In this document: positions 21,083 through 32,588 of the stretch, piece after piece
Position numbering within the stretch: position 1 is the first letter of the stretch
How the letters are laid out: every line of letters begins with the position of its first letter
Origin: Escherichia coli
GTDB lineage: Bacteria; Pseudomonadota; Gammaproteobacteria; Enterobacterales; Enterobacteriaceae
Assembly (NCBI RefSeq): GCF_024502345.1
Contig: NZ_JALDNN010000001.1
Length of the DNA stretch: 64,000 nucleotides
Reading direction: 5' to 3' (one strand)
Made by a program: the position numbers and the translations under genes
Notes under the pieces: model-generated
Databases searched by the model: none
Seen by the model: the letters and a program-made list of their open reading frames with translations, nothing else
Told to the model about the DNA's origin: nothing

Positions 21083-21470
21083 ATCTCTCCTCATAATCTG
21101 AAAGTAAAGATGGACACAGCGCTGATAAATTCCAATTCCCTTGCTTGCGGTACCGACCGGGAGGAAGATGAAACTTGTTTTTAAAAGCTCTCGTGAAAGT
21201 TTGTTGCGAATTAAAACCATACTGAAGTGCAATGTCTAGGACTGTTCTGGAAGTCAATTTCAGATCAATCGCAGCACATGATAATCGACGAGCACGAACA
21301 TATTCACCCAGCGCAACACCGGTCGTCTGTTTAAACAAACGTTGAAAATGCCATCGTGAATACCCAGACTTCTCAGCAATAAATTCTACTGGCAAGGTTG
21401 TATTCAATGAACTTTCAACCCACTGCAAAATATCTTTGACAACACTTTCAGAATATTTCCTGGTGTCCAT
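21066..21470 (-). CDS. AraC-family transcriptional regulator of the MarA/SoxS/Rob type
   Basis: ...KSGYSRWHFQRLFKQTTGVALGEYVRARRLSCAAIDLKLTSRTVLDIALQYGFNSQQTFTRAFKNKFHLPPGRYR aligns in my recollection with MarA/SoxS dual-HTH domains. Confidence 0.7.
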   Translation of the reverse strand: MDTRKYSESVVKDILQWVESSLNTTLPVEFIAEKSGYSRWHFQRLFKQTTGVALGEYVRARRLSCAAIDLKLTSRTVLDIALQYGFNSQQTFTRAFKNKFHLPPGRYRKQGNWNLSALCPSLLSDYEERYANVS

Positions 21471-21562
21471 TCTCTCCCCCCAAACCATATTCTATGAATA
21501 TATTCAAACCAGAATACGGTCTCTGAGTCTGTCATCCATGAAGAACTCAGGGACCCAACTCT

Positions 21563-24064
21563 TTATTTTCGTAATAACCTCAGGCCATTTGCCACAACCA
21601 GAAGACTGGCACCAACATCAGCAAATACAGCCATCCACATAGTTCCCATTCCCATGAGCGTGAGTACAAGGAATACGGCTTTAATACCTAGAGCGAGGCT
21701 GATATTTTGCACGAGTAAGCTGTACGTTTGTCGGGATAATTTTACAAAGGCTGGGATTTTACGCAGGTCATCATCCATTAAGGCTACATCTGCAGTTTCA
21801 ATCGCCGTATCAGTACCCATTGCGCCCATAGCAAAACCGATATCAGCTGCAGCCAGAGCCGGTGCATCATTGATACCATCACCAACCATCCCAGTGATTC
21901 CAATCCGTGAATGCTCTTCAACTGCACGATGTTTATCTTCTGGCAATTGATTCCCTCGAGCCTCATCGATTCCAACCTGAGATGCGATTGCTTTAGCTGT
22001 ATGTGGGTTATCACCAGTCAGCATAATAGTTTTAACGCCAAGTTCATGAAGTTGTTCAATCGCTTCACGGCTGCTGTTTTTAACAGTATCAGCAACAGCG
22101 AACAACCCAAGCACTTGCTTACCATCATTGAGTAAAATAACTGTTTTACCCTGGCTTTCCAGCCTTTGTACTGTTGCTTTAATCTCTGATGGACAATTAA
22201 AGTGTTCTTCAGTCAAACGCAGGTTACCAAGGTAAAAATCCTTACCTGTAATCGCGCCATGCACACCTCGCCCAACAATCGCTTCAAAGCTGTCAACATC
22301 CTGCTTTTTCAAATCAGCAGAAGCATTCACAATTGCCAGTGAAACAGGGTGATCAGAGTAACTAGCGAGACTAGCTGCAGTAGTACGAACTTCACGCTCG
22401 CTCCACCCATTGAATACCATTACGTCGGTTTGTACTGGTTTCCCATAGGTAATAGTTCCTGTTTTATCCAGCGCAAGGGCTTTTAGCTTACGTCCCTGCT
22501 CAAGATAAACACCGCCTTTAATGAGAATCCCTTTGCGAGCAGCTGCAGTAAGTCCACTAACAATCGTTACTGGCGTAGAAATAACCAGGGCACATGGACA
22601 CGCAATGACAAGCATAACTAAAGCTTTATAGATCCACTCCTGCCATGTTCCTGCCCCAAACAATGGTGGCAATACAGCAACCGCAACAGCAATACCCATA
22701 ACGACGGGGGTATAAATCTGGGAAAAGCGGTCAACAAAACGTTGTGTAGCTGCTTTGGCGCCTTGCGCCTGCTCAACGGCATGAATGATGCGAGCAAGGG
22801 TTGTATTATTTGCAGCTGCAGTGACTTTATATTCAAAAGAGCCTGACTGATTTATTGTTCCAGCAAATACAGCATCGCCCGCAATTTTATCGACAGGCAT
22901 ACTTTCACCTGTAATTGGAGCTTGGTTAATGGTGGTTTGGCCTTTGACGATTTCTCCGTCGAGACCAATTCGTTCACCTGGTTTTACCCTGACAATACTG
23001 CCCGGTTGTACGCTACTGGCGTCAACTTCCTGCCATGTTCCATCAGCTTGTTGGACCATTGCAGTTTCAGGAGTCAGGTTCATCAGGGAACCTATTGCAT
23101 TTCTGGCTCTATCAAGTGATTTGGCTTCTATCAGCTCGGCAATGGTGAATAACACCATAACCATCGCCGCTTCTGGCCACTGCCCAAGGACCAAAGCCCC
23201 AGTAACGGCAATACTCATTAGTGCATTGATATTCAAGTTGCCATTGCGAATCGAAATCCAACCTTTTTTGTAGGTTGTCAGACCACAAGAAAGCACTGCT
23301 ATCAAAGCCAACCCAGCTTCTAGCCAGTCAGGCATATCAGCCCAGTGCATCACTTCGGCTGCAAGAGCAGCTACGCCAGCAAGAGCTAATGGCCACCAGG
23401 GCTTTTTTTTCTCCTGGGTATTTTTCTTGCCGCTAGTATTATCAGAGACTTCTGGCGCGAATCCCAACGAGCGAATTGCAGCCATGATAGCTTCAAGCGA
23501 ATCCGGTGTATGGGTTACAGTCAAAACACGCTGCATCAGGTTGAAATCAAGCTCTTTAACAGCGCTCATTCCACCCAGTTTCTTTTTGATAAGATTTTCT
23601 TCAACAGGACAATCCATCTGCATAATGCGAATTTCTGTCCGTAATCCACCAGCCACAACCTGCGAGCCCCCTAGGCTACTCAATTGTTCTGGAGCAGCGG
23701 AGCAACAATCCCCCTCATGGCCGTGATCGTGGCCTTCATGAGAATGCTCTTGCGCGGCATGAGCATGGTTACATCCCTTATGATTATGCTCATCATGCGA
23801 ATGCCCTTCGCCGCCATGGCTATGGGCATCATGATTATGGCCTTCATGGTTATGGCCTTCATGGTTATGACCTTCATGGGAATGATCATCACTGCATTTC
23901 TTGTGATTATGAGCCTGCTGATCATGTGCATGATCATTTGCTTTATGTGATTCACCAGTATTCTTAACCCGGAGTCCTGTCCCTAAATTGAACGTTTCAC
24001 AGCAACTAGCCGCTTCGTCTCCTGCAGGGTTTTTGCTATTTTTTACACCACCACTCATTTTCAT
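21563..24064 (-). CDS. cadA: heavy-metal translocating P1B-type ATPase (Zn/Cd/Pb-type, CadA/ZntA-like) with His-rich N-terminus
   Basis: 833 aa; N-terminal HEGHNHEGHNHEGHNH repeats; CPC membrane motif (IACPCALVIS); phosphorylation motif DKTGT; [10 protein letters not shown] hinge. Confidence 0.9.
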   Translation of the reverse strand: MKMSGGVKNSKNPAGDEAASCCETFNLGTGLRVKNTGESHKANDHAHDQQAHNHKKCSDDHSHEGHNHEGHNHEGHNHDAHSHGGEGHSHDEHNHKGCNHAHAAQEHSHEGHDHGHEGDCCSAAPEQLSSLGGSQVVAGGLRTEIRIMQMDCPVEENLIKKKLGGMSAVKELDFNLMQRVLTVTHTPDSLEAIMAAIRSLGFAPEVSDNTSGKKNTQEKKKPWWPLALAGVAALAAEVMHWADMPDWLEAGLALIAVLSCGLTTYKKGWISIRNGNLNINALMSIAVTGALVLGQWPEAAMVMVLFTIAELIEAKSLDRARNAIGSLMNLTPETAMVQQADGTWQEVDASSVQPGSIVRVKPGERIGLDGEIVKGQTTINQAPITGESMPVDKIAGDAVFAGTINQSGSFEYKVTAAANNTTLARIIHAVEQAQGAKAATQRFVDRFSQIYTPVVMGIAVAVAVLPPLFGAGTWQEWIYKALVMLVIACPCALVISTPVTIVSGLTAAARKGILIKGGVYLEQGRKLKALALDKTGTITYGKPVQTDVMVFNGWSEREVRTTAASLASYSDHPVSLAIVNASADLKKQDVDSFEAIVGRGVHGAITGKDFYLGNLRLTEEHFNCPSEIKATVQRLESQGKTVILLNDGKQVLGLFAVADTVKNSSREAIEQLHELGVKTIMLTGDNPHTAKAIASQVGIDEARGNQLPEDKHRAVEEHSRIGITGMVGDGINDAPALAAADIGFAMGAMGTDTAIETADVALMDDDLRKIPAFVKLSRQTYSLLVQNISLALGIKAVFLVLTLMGMGTMWMAVFADVGASLLVVANGLRLLRK

Positions 24065-24090
24065 TGCCTCATCTGTTAACTATACTGACG

Positions 24091-24121
24091 ATTAAAGACC
24101 CTAATCTAACTAGAGGGTCAA
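24091..24121 (-). promoter_or_regulatory. MerR-type promoter/operator (divergent region between the ATPase gene and cadR)
   Basis: Minus-strand TTGACC (-35), 19-bp spacer containing the dyad GACCCT...AGGGTC, then TTTAAT (-10); the 19-bp spacer with internal dyad is the MerR-family signature. Confidence 0.6.
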
Positions 24122-24139
24122 GCGCATAAGGGGGGAGGC

Positions 24140-24592
24140 ATGAAAATTGGTGAATTGGCCCGTAAGGCGGATTGTCCGGTGGAAACTATTCGGTACTATG
24201 AGAAAGAAGGATTACTTCAGGCTCCATTAAGAGATATTGAAAATAACTATCGCCGTTACAACAATACTCATCTGGAAAAGTTATTATTTATCCGACGCTG
24301 CCGCTCTCTTGATATGACCCATGAGGAAATACGTGCATTGCTACTGGCAATGAATAATCACGGTAAAGACTGTGGCCCCATTGATGCAATAATCAGTGCC
24401 CATCTCACTCATGTTCAGCATCGTATTAAAGAATTAATAGCCCTGGAAATACAACTCAAAGAACTTAATAACTATTGCAGCTCAGACCGGAGCGTGGACG
24501 AATGCGGGATAGTACAGAAATTGACTGCTGATGAAGAGAATGGTGATCTTCCTTTAACCGTACCAACTGACCACTTGGGGGGTGTGCATTAG
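24140..24592 (+). CDS. cadR: MerR-family metal-responsive regulator, CadR/PbrR-like
   Basis: MKIGELARKADCPVETIRYYEKEGLL...; divergent from the P-type ATPase gene. Confidence 0.8.
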   Translation: MKIGELARKADCPVETIRYYEKEGLLQAPLRDIENNYRRYNNTHLEKLLFIRRCRSLDMTHEEIRALLLAMNNHGKDCGPIDAIISAHLTHVQHRIKELIALEIQLKELNNYCSSDRSVDECGIVQKLTADEENGDLPLTVPTDHLGGVH

Positions 24593-24681
24593 TGGTGTGC
24601 GCTTATAAGTTGATTAGACTGATGGCGTAACACAAGCCCATACAGCTTTGTGCTACGCCATCATGCCCTTAAAATAAGGGG

Positions 24682-25146
24682 TCAGGCTTTTTCCATTTCG
24701 TTACCACGAGAACGACGTTGCACTGCCCCTTCTCTCTTACCGGGATGGCTTTTAGCATCAGCGGTCATTAATGTCTGGAGTATTGGGCATTCAACTCGCT
24801 CATCCCCAGCACAGCTTTTGATCAGAGCTCTGAGTGTATCTGCCATTCGTCGCATATTTTCCATACGTCGCTCTAAATCATCCATATGCTCTTGTGCCAG
24901 ACGTTTAACATCGGCGCTCTGGCGAGATTTGTCATTCCATAACTTGAGCAAATCGGCTATCTCTTCAAGAGAAAAACCAAGATCGCGCGCACTGCGGATA
25001 AAAATCAGACGATGGACATCATTGGGTGCATAATCACGGTAGCCCGCTTCGGTACGGCCAGTAGCAGGAATCAGACCAATTTGCTCGTAATAGCGAATCA
25101 TCTTTGCGGAGATTCCTGATTCGTTCGATGCTTTACCAATGTTCAT
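24682..25146 (-). CDS. cueR: MerR-family copper-responsive regulator, CueR-like
   Basis: ORF 24682..25284 trimmed to MNIGKASNESGISAKMIRYYEQIGLIPA...; C-terminal Cys pair ...CAGDERVEC...; immediately downstream of copA. Confidence 0.8.
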   Translation of the reverse strand: MNIGKASNESGISAKMIRYYEQIGLIPATGRTEAGYRDYAPNDVHRLIFIRSARDLGFSLEEIADLLKLWNDKSRQSADVKRLAQEHMDDLERRMENMRRMADTLRALIKSCAGDERVECPILQTLMTADAKSHPGKREGAVQRRSRGNEMEKA

Positions 25147-25159
25147 AGCTCCCCTTTTC

Positions 25160-27655
25160 TTAGTGCTCAGAGTCTTCTGCCAGCGGAGGCTGGAACCGAC
25201 GCAAACGAAGTGCGTTGCCCAGGACAAATACACTGGATAGCGCCATCGCGCCTGCAGCAAAGATTGGTGAAAGCAGCAATCCATAGGCAGGGTACAGCAG
25301 GCCTGCTGCTACAGGGATCAATGCGGCATTATAACCAAACGCCCAAAAAAGATTTTGCCTGATGTTACCTATGGTTGCCTTAGACAATCCAATAGCATTA
25401 GGCACACCCTGTAGGTTGCCGGACATTAAGACAACATCAGCAGATTCCACCGCTATATCGGTACCTGTACCAATTGCAAGCCCAATATCTGCCACGGCTA
25501 AAGCTGGGGCATCATTAATGCCATCACCAACATAAGCGACCTTACCGTAAGACTCCTTCAACCGACGAACTGCTTCAACTTTCCCTTCTGGCAACACTTC
25601 GGCAACCACTTCATCAATACCAAGCTGTCTCGCAATCGCATTTGCTGTATTGGCATTGTCACCGGTAATCATTGCGACTTTGAGCCCCAGTTGGTGCAAT
25701 GCATTTATGGCAATCGGCGTACTTGATTTAATAGGGTCAGCGACTGCGATAATGGCAGCCAGACGTCCATCAATAGCAACATAGAGTGGCGATTTTCCTT
25801 CGTTTCCAAGGCGTATCGCAGTCTTTGAAAAATACTCGATATCCAAGCCTAACTCACGCATAAATCGATCGGCCCCGACCTCTACGCGCTCTCCGTCTAC
25901 GGTAGCCCTGACGCCCATCCCAGTAATTGAATCAAACTCAGTCAACGCTGGCAGCGATATCTCTTTTCCTAGAGCAGCTTCAACGATAGCGCGGGCAATA
26001 GGATGTTCCGAACGTGATTCAACAGCGGCAACTTTTGCTAATACTAAGTCAAGCTCAAACCCTTCGGCCAACTCCAGGTCTGTCATTACTGGGCGCCCTT
26101 CAGTCAAAGTACCTGTTTTGTCTACAGCGACAACCCTGGCATCTTTAAGCAACTGCAGAGCTTCTCCCTTACGGAACAAGATCCCCATTTCTGCACCACG
26201 CCCAGTACCTACCATGATAGAGGTTGGGGTAGCCAATCCCATTGCACATGGGCAGGCAATGATCAATACAGCCACGGCATTAACCAGTGCGAAAGACAGG
26301 GCCGGTGATGGCCCAAATGTTAACCAGGCAAGGAAAGTTAACAACGCTGCCAGCATCACCACAGGAACAAACCATAATGTCACCTTATCGACCACGGCTT
26401 GTATAGGTAGTTTAGAGCCCTGGGCTTGCTCTACCATTCTGATTATTTGTGACAACATCGTCTGGCCACCAACGGCTGTTGCACGCAACCTCAATGCTCC
26501 TTTCTGGTTAACAGTCCCGCCAACCATTAAGCTTCCGGGAACTTTCTCGACGGGGATAGGCTCCCCCGTTATCATCGATTCATCGACAAAACTTGTTCCT
26601 TCACTCACCTCACCATCAACAGGTATCCGCTCACCTGGTCGAACTTCGATAATGTCATCAAGGGCTACATCACTAATGGGAATATCGATGACAATGCCGT
26701 TACGCAGCACATGCGCCTCTTTGGCCTGCAATCCAACCAAACGCTTGATAGCCTCAGACGTTCGACCTTTAGCTCGCGCCTCCATAAATCGTCCTAAAAG
26801 AATAAGAGCGACGATTACCGCAGCAGCTTCGTAATACACATTGACGGTACCTTGAGGCAAAAGACCTGGAGCAAAGGTCGCAATCATTGAATAACCGAAT
26901 GCAGCGAGAGTCCCGACGGAGACGAGAGAGTTCATGTCTGGGCCAAGTCTTAATAACGCGGGAATACCTTTCAGGTAAAAGCGCCGCCCCGGAATAGCCA
27001 ACACCAGCAATGTTAATACAAACTGGAGATACCAGCTTTCCTGGAGCCCAATGGTATCCATTATCCATTGATGCATTCCCGGTATCACATGCGACCCCAT
27101 TTCCAGAATAAATACTGGTAACGCAAGTACGGTCGCCAGAACTAAATCTTTCTTCAACGCAACCTTTTCAGCATCTTTTTTTTCTGCGGCACTATCATTA
27201 TTCTGGCTTTGGTTATCAACCAGGCTGGCTTCATAACCGATTTTTTCGATAGCAGTTATGAGGTCATCAACTCCTGCGGTTCCACGTACAGTAGCTCTTT
27301 CAGTCGCTAAATTAACAGTGGCTTCTTTTACACCTTTAACCGCTCGGAGCGATTTTTCGACACGCCCTACGCATGATGCACATGTCATGCCCTGAACTGA
27401 TAACTCTACAGAAGCTTGAGGAACCTCATAACCAACCTTTTCAACTGCTTCAACCAACGCCATACGATTAACGAATGCATTTAGGCGGATATCTGCACGC
27501 TCTGTTGCAAGGTTAACGCTTACGTTTTGTACGCCTTCAACCTTAGCCAGAGCGGCTTCAACTCGTCCAACGCAGCTTGCACAAGTCATTCCCTCAATGG
27601 GCAAGCTGACTTGAGTTTCACCATCATTAGAATGCTGTTTTTTTTGAATGCTCAT
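25160..27655 (-). CDS. copA: copper(I)-translocating P1B-type ATPase CopA
   Basis: 831 aa; two N-terminal HMA domains with [12 protein letters not shown]; CPC motif ([10 protein letters not shown]); DKTGTLT; [10 protein letters not shown]. Confidence 0.9.
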   Translation of the reverse strand: MSIQKKQHSNDGETQVSLPIEGMTCASCVGRVEAALAKVEGVQNVSVNLATERADIRLNAFVNRMALVEAVEKVGYEVPQASVELSVQGMTCASCVGRVEKSLRAVKGVKEATVNLATERATVRGTAGVDDLITAIEKIGYEASLVDNQSQNNDSAAEKKDAEKVALKKDLVLATVLALPVFILEMGSHVIPGMHQWIMDTIGLQESWYLQFVLTLLVLAIPGRRFYLKGIPALLRLGPDMNSLVSVGTLAAFGYSMIATFAPGLLPQGTVNVYYEAAAVIVALILLGRFMEARAKGRTSEAIKRLVGLQAKEAHVLRNGIVIDIPISDVALDDIIEVRPGERIPVDGEVSEGTSFVDESMITGEPIPVEKVPGSLMVGGTVNQKGALRLRATAVGGQTMLSQIIRMVEQAQGSKLPIQAVVDKVTLWFVPVVMLAALLTFLAWLTFGPSPALSFALVNAVAVLIIACPCAMGLATPTSIMVGTGRGAEMGILFRKGEALQLLKDARVVAVDKTGTLTEGRPVMTDLELAEGFELDLVLAKVAAVESRSEHPIARAIVEAALGKEISLPALTEFDSITGMGVRATVDGERVEVGADRFMRELGLDIEYFSKTAIRLGNEGKSPLYVAIDGRLAAIIAVADPIKSSTPIAINALHQLGLKVAMITGDNANTANAIARQLGIDEVVAEVLPEGKVEAVRRLKESYGKVAYVGDGINDAPALAVADIGLAIGTGTDIAVESADVVLMSGNLQGVPNAIGLSKATIGNIRQNLFWAFGYNAALIPVAAGLLYPAYGLLLSPIFAAGAMALSSVFVLGNALRLRRFQPPLAEDSEH

Positions 27656-27691
27656 GATGTATTTCTCATCGTTATGGTCAGATAAAGAACA

Positions 27692-27722
27692 ACCTTAAGG
27701 CTTACCATCGTGGGAAGGTCAA
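27692..27722 (-). promoter_or_regulatory. putative CueR-controlled copA promoter
   Basis: Minus-strand TTGACC followed by a spacer with partial dyad (CTTACC...GGGAAG) resembling the E. coli copA operator as I recall it; approximate. Confidence 0.35.
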
Positions 27723-27840
27723 GCGCATTATTTTGAACATGCCGATGCCGTGGAAGGAATGGATATAAAAACCCTTTACATGAACACATATTCATATGTT
27801 ATATTGAAGGCATCATGTATAACCAACCGCTTGAGGCCCT

Positions 27841-28845
<1,005 letters not shown>

Positions 28846-28890
28846 TCAGGCCTCTGGTGATGCACTATCAATTTAGGAGGGAGAATCATA

Positions 28891-29253
28891 ATGTCCAGCA
28901 CATCAGATTGCGGCAACATACAAGACTGTTCCGCGACAGATCATGTCGCGGAGCCAGATCTATCAATGCTCTCGCAAAACGACATTGGGCAACTTTCCGA
29001 GATTTTCCATCTACTGGGGGACCAGTCAAGACTACGAATCCTGCTTTACTGTATGCGTGGTTCGGTCTCTGTAGGCGACATTGCTGAGTCGCTCCAGTTA
29101 TCACAATCTCTGGTCAGTCATCATCTGAGGTTGTTACGAAGTGCAAGGCTTGTTCGCGGAGAGAGAAAGGGTAAGTACATATTTTATAGCATAATGGATC
29201 ACCATGTAAGTCATGTTCTTCAGGACATGGTATTTCACATAGCTGAAGAATAA
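28891..29253 (+). CDS. ArsR/SmtB-family metalloregulatory repressor
   Basis: HTH ...VGDIAESLQLSQSLVSHHLRLLRSARLV...; start codon choice uncertain. Confidence 0.7.
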   Translation: MSSTSDCGNIQDCSATDHVAEPDLSMLSQNDIGQLSEIFHLLGDQSRLRILLYCMRGSVSVGDIAESLQLSQSLVSHHLRLLRSARLVRGERKGKYIFYSIMDHHVSHVLQDMVFHIAEE

Positions 29254-29487
29254 CCCGAATGAATTTTGATAAGTAGAGCTTGTGTAATTCCAACTCACCT
29301 TAGTTTTTCATTACTTTGGTGAGTTGTTTCATCATTAATTTATTAAAACCTTAATAATTAACCTTTTAATAATGAAACCTGCCCCCTTCCCTTGTATGTA
29401 ATAAATACCTGATGGTTCACTATCACCAGATAAAGCGAAGTGAGCAGGCCACCTCATGAAGGAGAAACCTTGCTTTGCAAGCTTATT

Positions 29488-29550
29488 GAATAGCCACGGA
29501 TAATCTAGTTTGTCTGCTTCGTGCCAAAAGCGGACATTGCTACATCACAA
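29488..29550. repeat. solo IS3-family inverted-repeat-like 21-mer followed by a palindromic element (copy 1 of an inverted pair)
   Basis: GAATAGCCACGGATAATCTAG nearly matches the IS end TGAATCGCCACGGATAATCTAG at 33425; then TGTCTGCTTCGTGCCAAAAGCGGACAT...TGCTACATCACAA, inverted relative to the copy at 32483..32519. Confidence 0.5.
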
Positions 29551-29637
29551 TGCGTTATGGTCAACATCAGAATGCAGCCCTTGTGTTGTGACGTGTAGTC
29601 TGGCCTAAACGCAGTTGCACTACATTACCTCGTGGGG

Positions 29638-29886
29638 TCAGCGACGGCCCCGTTTCAGTTCACGTACACAGGGATCATACTCATCTGCATAGCCACCAAA
29701 GTCATGGCTGGGCATGAAGTACCACTTTTCACCTTTCCAACCAGCGATCCGGGTGGTCGGTTTGGTTTTATTCAGAACAACAATACAGACGCCGACGGGA
29801 GACACTGGAGGAAGAAGTCGTTGCACCACACACTCACGATTGCCCACATCAATCCAGTCTTTGACGTGAATTTCAGGATGGTTCAT
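29638..29886 (-). CDS. hypothetical protein (82 aa)
   Basis: ORF only; overlaps a plus-strand ORF (29632..30057); strand choice uncertain. Confidence 0.3.
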   Translation of the reverse strand: MNHPEIHVKDWIDVGNRECVVQRLLPPVSPVGVCIVVLNKTKPTTRIAGWKGEKWYFMPSHDFGGYADEYDPCVRELKRGRR

Positions 29887-30166
29887 TGTTTATCTTCATG
29901 TGATGGAATTGCTTACCGTAATGCATCCGATTACCGTGCAAGATCATGTATCCTGTCGCCTTCCTGCTCCCTTGAGGTGGCGCTGCCTTGGTACAGTCAG
30001 CACTCTGAATGTCAGGCCCAGCCGCGAGGCCGGAAGCTCATCAGGTCGCTGCGGTAGGGGAAAACGGTCCGGGTAACAGACCGTAATCGCCTGCTGGTGG
30101 TTATTGGCCCTGACTGGAGCCGCACTGAAAACTGAAGCGCATTAATATACTCGCGCCTCCGACAGG

Positions 30167-32305
30167 TCAGGCAATTTCTTCCAGCGCATCGTCATTTGCC
30201 GGTGGAGGAGGAAGTATAAGCGCGTCGCACTCCCTGATGACATATTCAGGAATGAGATCAAACCGGGCAGGATCCAGCTGACAGATAAATTCATTTTCAA
30301 TGTGGTAGGTCTCATTCATGAATTTACGTATTACTGCGTTCTCGAGTCCGGTCTGAAGCAACCTGAACACCTGCAGTTTCTCGTAGCCATTACGGCAGAG
30401 CAGATAAAGCGCACGTATACGATCCGGGTCGGTGAGCTGAACGAAAGTGGCCTGGTAGTCAAAGCCGGGAATGCGATCGGCGATTGCCTGGCAGCCGAAG
30501 GCAACTTTTTCTGCGGACATTTCAGGATGTCCCACTCCCTGCACAACGGGTTCACGGGTGTCGATGGGCGTTTCACGGTGATGAAAAAGGTTTGACAGCA
30601 CCTGATAGGCATCACCGAGGTCGTCCATAATTTCATAATGTCGGCGAAGATAGATCAACTTGATGATGTCTTCACTATCAGAGTCAGTGACAGACTGGCA
30701 GATCTGAGCAAAAGTGCGGATATCACTTTCACCGATGAGCTGCTCGGTGATGCAGCCTGCGCTGTAGTGCAAGTGTGAGGCCGTAACCAGATTACTGAAC
30801 AGCTTCCTGACGGACTTCAGTGTATCAATAATAGGCTCAACATCGTGAGTCAGCATCAGTACCGTTTCATTTTTCAGGCACTCACCGGTATTGCGGCGAA
30901 ACAGCATCTCCAGGATGGCAAATTTCTTGTTCTTATCAAACGATGAAATCGGGTCGTCAAGAATGATCAGGCCTGGCTTCTTGGCTAAGCATTCATACAT
31001 AAACAGAACAATGGCAAAGGCGTTGCGTTCACCGTAGCTGAGATGCTGGCTGCCGCCGCTGACGTAGCCTTCAAAGTCTTCGTGGCGCAGTTTCAGCCGA
31101 CATTTATCGCCTTCCCCAGTGATATCCACCTGATAACGATAGCCTGCGTAAGCCAGAAAGGTATTGATATCGGTTTTATGCTTGAGGATCAGCTTCTGCA
31201 TGCCCTGACGCTGCTTATTTATTTGACCCTGCAGGCGTCCGGCCTGCGTCGTCAGGTCGTCTAAAGAGGTATTGAGACTGGCTACGGTGCGGGCCGTTTT
31301 ATCCGACTGCAGCTCCGGGAAAAACTTCACGTCTAGGCGACAGGCTTCCAGTGCAGCCTTGACGTTGGTTGAAGCGCTGAACGTAAAGCCGTTAAGAGTC
31401 TTAAGGGTATTCAGCATATTTATCAGGCTGTCTGTCTGCTTCTTCACTGTCACGAGATATTCTTCGTGCTGTTTTTCCAGCCCACTTTTTAGGGTTGTAA
31501 TATCAGCGAGGCGGGCACGGGCAGGCTCTGAAAAATATTCGCCGAGTTTATCTAGCACGCCGATCAGGCCGATCAGGTTTTTAATGACAGCCTTATCATA
31601 CTCCGCGCTGACGCGGCTAATCTGCTCGGCCTTTTCACGGGAGTCGCCAGTACAGAACGGACAGCAGCCGTCGGATAGCGCGGAGAATTTCTCATACCCC
31701 CGGGTCTGCCACTCGATCCACTCTACGCTGCTTTTACTTTGGATGTACGGCTTATAAGATTCCAAACCGTCGGGAATGTGCTGAAGCTTGTTGCCAGCGG
31801 ATAAGCCTTTCATACCGGTAGACGTTTTTGCAATCCCGGTACTACTCAGCTTAAATGCGGCGCTGAGTTCCCCCAGGTGCGTGATGAATTCTTCAAGCCC
31901 GACGTTATCAGCAAACTGCTGCCGTATGGCCACGACCATGGCTTCGATTTCGCGTTCTGTCTCGTGATACGCTTCACTTTTGATGAAGATGTCAAAACTA
32001 TTACTTACTAACTCGTCTGGTTGAAAAGTGAATTGATCGACATATTTTTCATTAAAGCACATGACGTTTTGCAGGCCATCGACACCAGTTACCCTAGGCT
32101 GTACTGCATCGGGATTAGAACCACGGTATCTAAACGGAAGCAGGTCGCTGAGACCCTGTTCATCCCCGTTTACCGTACACTGAATCGCGCGGGAAATGGT
32201 GCTTTTTCCGGTGCCGTTAGGCGCAAATTTAATATTTAGTTTTTTTTCTGCCAGAGTTATATTTGCTTTATCGATGTTATTACAGCAATTAATTTCAATT
32301 TCCAT
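30167..32305 (-). CDS. ABC-type ATPase with coiled-coil insert and CxxC zinc-hook motif (RloC/Rad50-like); candidate abortive-infection or anticodon-nuclease-type defence protein
   Basis: 712 aa; Walker A FAPNGTGKST near the N-terminus; long helical insert containing DGCCPFCTGD; Walker B LIILDDP; H-loop LTHD; C-terminal domain of about 220 aa with ...YLRRHYEIMDD...FHHRE.... Confidence 0.6.
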   Translation of the reverse strand: MEIEINCCNNIDKANITLAEKKLNIKFAPNGTGKSTISRAIQCTVNGDEQGLSDLLPFRYRGSNPDAVQPRVTGVDGLQNVMCFNEKYVDQFTFQPDELVSNSFDIFIKSEAYHETEREIEAMVVAIRQQFADNVGLEEFITHLGELSAAFKLSSTGIAKTSTGMKGLSAGNKLQHIPDGLESYKPYIQSKSSVEWIEWQTRGYEKFSALSDGCCPFCTGDSREKAEQISRVSAEYDKAVIKNLIGLIGVLDKLGEYFSEPARARLADITTLKSGLEKQHEEYLVTVKKQTDSLINMLNTLKTLNGFTFSASTNVKAALEACRLDVKFFPELQSDKTARTVASLNTSLDDLTTQAGRLQGQINKQRQGMQKLILKHKTDINTFLAYAGYRYQVDITGEGDKCRLKLRHEDFEGYVSGGSQHLSYGERNAFAIVLFMYECLAKKPGLIILDDPISSFDKNKKFAILEMLFRRNTGECLKNETVLMLTHDVEPIIDTLKSVRKLFSNLVTASHLHYSAGCITEQLIGESDIRTFAQICQSVTDSDSEDIIKLIYLRRHYEIMDDLGDAYQVLSNLFHHRETPIDTREPVVQGVGHPEMSAEKVAFGCQAIADRIPGFDYQATFVQLTDPDRIRALYLLCRNGYEKLQVFRLLQTGLENAVIRKFMNETYHIENEFICQLDPARFDLIPEYVIRECDALILPPPPANDDALEEIA

Positions 32306-32482
32306 ACCTAATCCTTTACGGCAAAGACACTGAGCAGGCCCCGTATATTGCAGGCCCGATTAATTATTTAAGCTGAAGCCAGAACATATAAGCACCGTTT
32401 CATTTTTGAGTAAAGCACTCCGGGATTCGCCCTTGGTACCGCAGCGCCGGAGCAGTTGTTTTATAGAGCGTATGTACGGCGC

Positions 32483-32519
32483 TTGTGATGTATGTCCGCT
32501 TCGTGCCAAGAGCGGACAT
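32483..32519. repeat. palindromic element (copy 2 of the inverted pair)
   Basis: TTGTGATGTA TGTCCGCTTCGTGCCAAGAGCGGACAT; inverted repeat partner of 29511..29550. Confidence 0.5.
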
Positions 32520-32588
32520 TTGCACCCTCAGTACCCGCACCAGACTAAGCCGGCTCAGCAATGTCGGCGTTGCTGATACTGACAGACG

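Noticed and set aside
20813-21232. Full-length 139-aa minus-strand ORF overlapping the AraC-family gene
   Set aside because: Its upstream part overlaps the regulator gene in another frame; trimmed to the internal ATG at 21082 that has an AGGAGA RBS.
26118-26834. Plus-strand 238-aa ORF inside copA
   Set aside because: Antisense to a well-supported P-type ATPase gene; Ala/Ser/Pro-rich composition typical of a GC-rich antisense frame.
29632-30057. Plus-strand 141-aa ORF overlapping the minus-strand 82-aa ORF
   Set aside because: Overlapping frames in a region with repeats and an IS-end remnant; neither strongly supported, only the minus-strand ORF kept at low confidence.
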